Under the pieces are notes generated by a model, which was not told the DNA's origin, did no database searches, and saw only the letters and a list, made by a program, of their open reading frames with translations. The translations under genes and the position numbers were made by a program. From the human T2T-CHM13v2.0 reference genome, Homo sapiens: 64,000 bases of DNA. Positions 54,797 to 64,000 of the stretch are shown one piece after another; positions within the stretch are counted from its first letter, which is position 1; each line of letters starts with the position of its first letter. Location: NCBI RefSeq assembly GCF_009914755.1, contig NC_060938.1; one strand, written 5' to 3'.

Positions 54797-55588
54797 TAAT
54801 GTGGAAATAATACTGGAGAAGTTGAGAGGATTAAAATAAATTACATATGGAAAGTGCCTAGACTAGTAATTGGCAGTCAGATGATGTGCAGGAAATGTTA
54901 GTTCTGCCCCTCCGTATTCTGTTTTAGGACCTGTGAAGTCAACTTCATGTAAAAGAGTGCTCTCTGCACAGAGGTCTGAACAAAGGAGGTTTTCTCTCTG
55001 TTTGCCATCGGCCAGAATGAAATCTCTAATACAATGGCTGAAAGCCTCGGAAATGACCCACTCCCTAAAACTGGAGAGGCAGCCTAAGATCAGTACCTGT
55101 GTATGCCATCCCCCAGAGTGCTAAGAGCAGTACCTGTGTGTGCCACCCCCCACAGAGTGCTGTTCATCAGTTACTCATGATGATGGTTACTGAATATTGA
55201 CTCCGCTAATGTTTATCATGCATATGTTTTGAATGTAGGTTAGAGGGGAAAGCTTTCCTCTGGAACCTCTAGAGATAAGAGCTAGATGTATTTATTATCT
55301 AACAAGGAAAGTCTCCATTGGCCCTGACTCCAGCATTTACTCTGTTTGCTAATATGATTATTTGTGGCTTCTGGGCAAGTGATCTTCCCACCTGCACCGA
55401 TAAACAGGCGACTACCTTGCCCCATGGAAAAATGTTGTCCTATGAAGGTTAGCTTTTATGAGTCTCCTGACTGCAACTTAAAGATACCCTTCTTTGAGGC
55501 TGGATAGAGTTTTTTTTTTTTTTTTAACGTATCTTAGTGTGAGCTCGTGAAGGATGGTACGTGATGCTCTTGTTTCCCTTGCCGATAG

Positions 55589-55707
55589 GAAGTTCTTTGC
55601 TGGTGGAGTGTGTAGAACAAATGTGCAGCTTCCTGGCAAGGTAGTGGTGATCACTGGCGCCAACACGGGCATTGGCAAGGAGACGGCCAGAGAGCTCGCT
55701 AGCCGAG
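55589..55707 (+). CDS. RDH12: RDH12 coding exon 2, 119 nt
   Basis: [39 protein letters not shown]; AG/GT boundaries. Confidence 0.95.
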
Positions 55708-56183
55708 GTAAGTGTTTCCCCTTTAGTCTCCAAAGGGCCATGCCTCCCACCCTTCTTCCCACTGGGACCTCTGTCCATATTGCTTTGTGTTTCCTCCTAG
55801 GCTTGGGGGCTCTGACTAGAAATTCAAGGAACCTGGGATTCAAGTCCAACTGTGACACCAACTTACACTGTGGCCTCCAATAAACTGCTTCTTTCCTATT
55901 CCCTCTCTATTAAATAAAATAAGGAAAACGATGTCTGTGTATAGCCAAGTCAGTTATTCTAAAAGGAGATACTAAGTGACATTAAATATCAGAATGTAAA
56001 ACCTGGGAACCAGGTTCCCAGCCTGGGATTAAACTGACAGCAAGAAGACTGAACAGTACTACTGTGAAAAGCCCGAAGTGGCAATATGTTCACTCTACCG
56101 TTGAAGGATGGCTGGGAGAATGAATGCTCTGTCCCCCAGTCCCAAGCTCACTTACTATACCTCCTTTATAGCCTAGGATATGA

Positions 56184-56390
<207 letters not shown>

Positions 56391-56991
56391 TAGAAAAGCA
56401 GGAAATTGGGTATGGGAGTGGCTGCTCCACCCTAGACCATCTATGGCCCTTACATCAGAACCATCATCCACCCCACTAGACAGGTTCTGCCACATGAACC
56501 AGCAGGACAGGGAATTGGCAAGAGGATGGTGGGTAGATAGACTGGGCAGGATCCTTATCATCTTTTCGCCTCAGCAATGGGAATGTCGGAGGTGTTAGCT
56601 CCCTGTCTGGGCTTGCACCTTGGCATCAAGGTGTGGCCACAATGCCACTCTCTTCTTTCATCCTGAGAATCAACCTTGTGTGGCCATAGGCATGAGATGA
56701 AGTTGTGCTGCTGGCAAGTTCTTCTGGATCTTGGAAAATGACCAGCTTCTACCACGGACTATGAAATCCATGAGGGACATCCTGGGACCATGTCTGGCTT
56801 GTGTTACCACTGGATTCCTAGTGCCCAGCAGAGTGCACCTGGCTCAGAGTCGGTAGTTAGTACACATTTGCTGAATAAATGAATGAACAATGTCCAGGAA
56901 GATATGAGTAACTAAAATTACTCATTAGAAACCCAGTGACAATGCTTATTGGATGTCACTGAGATAGGTCCAAATGAAGGATAGTTATTGA

Positions 56992-57297
<306 letters not shown>

Positions 57298-57810
57298 TGA
57301 GGTACACCCACTATCTTTTCTTTAGGAAGATGACACTGTGTAAATGTGGAGAATGTCCAGGGGCCTTCATAGAGCCTAGGAATTCCAATAGACTAGACCC
57401 ATTGGCTTGTTGTTCACTGTACCTCTCCTGATCAGTCTAAAAAAGTGAGATCTTCCTACCCATACCATTAAGAAGCCCCAAATTTCAGGAAATACCAGGG
57501 AGAAGAATGTCATTCTTGGATGGGGCAGTGGCAGTACAAGGCTTGCCAGGCAGGGCCAGACCTGGGGTTATGCAGGCATCTGGGCTTGGCTGGAGGGGTC
57601 ACATCTACATGATGGCCAACCAAGCCATGGGTTGGTCCACGGAGGTAGGCAATCCTTGAGAACTTGAGTACGAGGCAGGGTGGGGTTCAGCGTTCAAGGC
57701 GAAGACTTTAGGGAGGAGAGCATGGAGCATGTTTTCTGATCCTAAGCAAATGTTATCTTCCCTGACTGTTCTATCCTTCTGCCTATACACAAGTGTACCT
57801 GGGTCCCTAG

Positions 57811-58353
<543 letters not shown>

Positions 58354-58623
58354 TAGAGGTCCACAGCAACTTGGGAAGTCAGGCTGTCAAACATGCACGT
58401 GTCAGTAATATCTCTGTGGACTAAGGAGAATGAAATTATGAATGGAATAAAAACAGAGTGCTTGCCCCCAGGGAGCTTAAAATCAAATAGGGGTTAAGAA
58501 CCTCAAAAAGTTACCTTGTATTTGTGTCACATCTTATCTCTTATCTCATTTGATTTTCACAGTAGCTTTTTGCAACAGACAGAGGCTTTTTTTTTTTTTT
58601 GTTTTTTTTTTTTTGAGACTTGA

Positions 58624-58722
<99 letters not shown>

Positions 58723-60284
58723 TGAGTAGTTGGGATTACAAGCACGCAATATCACGCCTGGCTAATTTTGTATTTTTAGAAGAGACGAGCTTTCACCATG
58801 TTGTCCAGGTTGGTCTCAAACTCCTGACCTCAGGTGATCTGGCAGAAGAGGCCTTTGGTAACAGGTATTATTACTCCTAGTTTATAGAGCAGAGCTGAGG
58901 TCCAAGGAAATGGCCAGCTAAAGAGTATATGGCAGGTGAGGGCGTCAGAACCGGAATGTGGGTGCTCAGCTTTAAACCTAGGGTGCTTCCTTCTGGGTGC
59001 CATTTGCTGAGGTCCACATGGTGATCTGAGCTACAGAGCTGCCACTGCCTGGACTCAGGGAGTTAGGGCTGGATTTCAGACCCCTGGGTCCAAGTTCTTG
59101 CTCTACCACATGCTAGCCGCATGTGGATGTGGATGTGGATGTGCCCCTTTAACCTCCCCTGACTTCATCTTCTCAGCTGTAAAATCAGGTCAGGCTGGTT
59201 CTTATTCCTTAATGATTCTGTGCTCTCCTGGAGCACTGGGTGAGCTGCTGGCTCTGACATCTGCGGATCTAGGGGTCCATTTGTTACAGTGAATAAGCCA
59301 GAGTTTGGGAACAATGATCTTCACTTCCAGAATGCCTACAGTAGAAGAAGACGGTAATCATAAAAATAAACAATAACTATTACAATAATAATTGAGAGGT
59401 TTATGTGTGCCATGTACTACACATCTTAACTCATTTAATACTTGCAACATTCCTGTGAGGTGGGTGCTATTATTTTCCCCCACTCTAAATATGAAAAGAC
59501 AGGCACTGACAGATTAAGAAATTTGCCCAAGGAAGGTTCCTAGCTGAGCCAGGATTCAAATGCAGACAGTCCATTCCATGTTTTTAACTTTACATCAGAG
59601 TTCAGACCTTGGCCCTGCACCCTGCCAGGTATAACCTTAGGCAATTTACTTAAACTTTCTGTGACTTAGTTTTCTTTGTTGTAAATGGGTATCATAACAT
59701 AATATTCTATTTTACAAGCCTCTTTAAGAATTAAATGAAATAATACATTTAAAGCATGTTGTATGGCCCTGGCACATAATTGGTACTGAAAAATAGTGAC
59801 GGCACCAGGGATATCTTGTGGGGGGGGGGGGGTGTTAATCCCCCACAATCTGCATCACCATCCCTCAATCTATACCTCATGAAATGTGCTTGCCAGGCAA
59901 ATGCAGCTCAAAATAAAGTCCTACCCACCACCTTCCAATCAGATCGCTACCCCTAAACTCCTCCTTTAGAAATGATAAAGATACCACTGTCAATGATTGA
60001 TACTACTCACTACATGTTGTCATGTTTATTAGTAGTACTAAAGCCACAGTATAAAAACGACATTGAAATAGAAGGACCTCGAACCAGGCACTCCTTTTGG
60101 AACATAGAAGGCTGAGAAGGCTATAGATCTTTCTGAAAGATCAATTCATTCCTGTTCAAATTCCGCCTGGCCAGGAGTGGTACCTGCTGAATCCTGGGGT
60201 TATGTTTCCTGAGTCCCTCCTTCTCACTTGTGTATTTTGCTGCAGGAGATAAGCTGTTTTCCTGGGCTCAGAGTGTGTCCCTGA

Positions 60285-60581
<297 letters not shown>

Positions 60582-61394
60582 TGAGTTTGTGCCTGATGAT
60601 GCAATCCAGGTTTGGGTTGGGCCTGCAAACAGAATGCCGTTGCTTTGTTAAGGAAACTCACAGTACAAACTTATGTGTTGGGAAGAGTTGCTTTTCTGGC
60701 TTTATTTTATACTCGTGTGCCGCTTTTCCATGAAAACTTTGCAGCTTTCTGAAAGCTTTTAAAGAAGACTGTCGCTGTTGGTTATGCCATGGAGATCTGG
60801 ATCGTTTTTCTCCTTCTTTAAGCTTTTGGCTCACTTGATTCATGAATTTTTAAATACCAATTAGCACAAAGTGCTAGGGGAACGTCCTCTCTCTTCGGTG
60901 TGAACTCTGTCCCTCAATGCTGCCAAGATTGGCACTATCTGTTGAAATATAGAAGTAGAAATTTTAGTGCTGAATCTTATCATGAACTCAATGAGCAACT
61001 AGAGTCTGGGAGTAAAGGGAAGCCCAGGGTGAAATCTTTTTCCCATTCCATGACAGAATCCAGCCCTGTCTGCTCTGTTGTCCCGCTTTGTTCAAGGCTT
61101 TTCATCAGTGCAGTATTTATTCCGTGAAGCACTGGAAATAGTCTTAGTGTCTGATGAGAGGGGAATGGATAAGTGATAATAGCTAATGTTGCTTGAGTTT
61201 TTATAATGTGTTTGGTACTCAGTTCTGAGTGTGTAATGTGTATTAATTCATATAATCATCACAACCCTGCGAGGCAGGTAATATTACCCCAAGTTTTCAC
61301 ATGAAACTGAGGCGCAAGATAATTAAGAAACTTGCTCAAAGTCATATAGCTTATAAGTGGTAGATCTGGGATTTACGCCCTGGCAATCTGGCTC

Positions 61395-62670
<1,276 letters not shown>

Positions 62671-62964
62671 AGTCTGAGTGTTTAACATTGCTGCCTTAAA
62701 TATGTAATAAAATATACAGTCATTAAATATCATATTTTAATATAATATGTAATTAATATAAAAATGTTAGTGATATAATGTTGTAAGGAAAAAACTGGAA
62801 TACAAAACTATATGATTTTTTATACATAGAGAACAGTCTGGAGGGATAACCAGCCACTGGGCAGTAGTGGTTACTTCCAGGGAGTTTTAGGGAGAGCCAA
62901 GCAGAGTGTGAAGGATGATTTTTATCTTTTTATTCTAGGTGTTTTTTTATTATTTAAAAATTTT

Positions 62965-64000
<1,036 letters not shown>

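Overview
Human (primate) genomic DNA recognisable as the VTI1B-RDH11-RDH12 locus (14q24.1). It holds VTI1B exon 1 with its CpG-island promoter (- strand), the complete 7-exon RDH11 gene (- strand, 957-nt CDS, 318 aa) and the divergently oriented paralogue RDH12 (+ strand; two putative 5'UTR exons and six coding exons, last exon beyond the window). The rest is dense in Alu, L1, L2, MIR, MaLR and MER elements. It also contains a two-LTR MER4A-type ERV1 element with a nested inverted solo LTR, an RPL21 processed pseudogene and a 7SL pseudogene. Most striking: a perfect 195-bp inverted repeat brackets the RDH11 promoter and exon 1, forming a potentially invertible cassette whose exon is phase-compatible with RDH12. 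Several templated-insertion/fold-back scars occur: at that repeat's junction, inside the RPL21 pseudogene and in RDH11 intron 5. Other points are a GC-AG intron specific to RDH11, a near-identical ZNF143-type motif upstream of both RDH ATGs, an Alu-born RDH12 first exon, and uORFs in VTI1B and RDH12. Repeat subfamily names come from recalled consensus sequences and were not checked by search.
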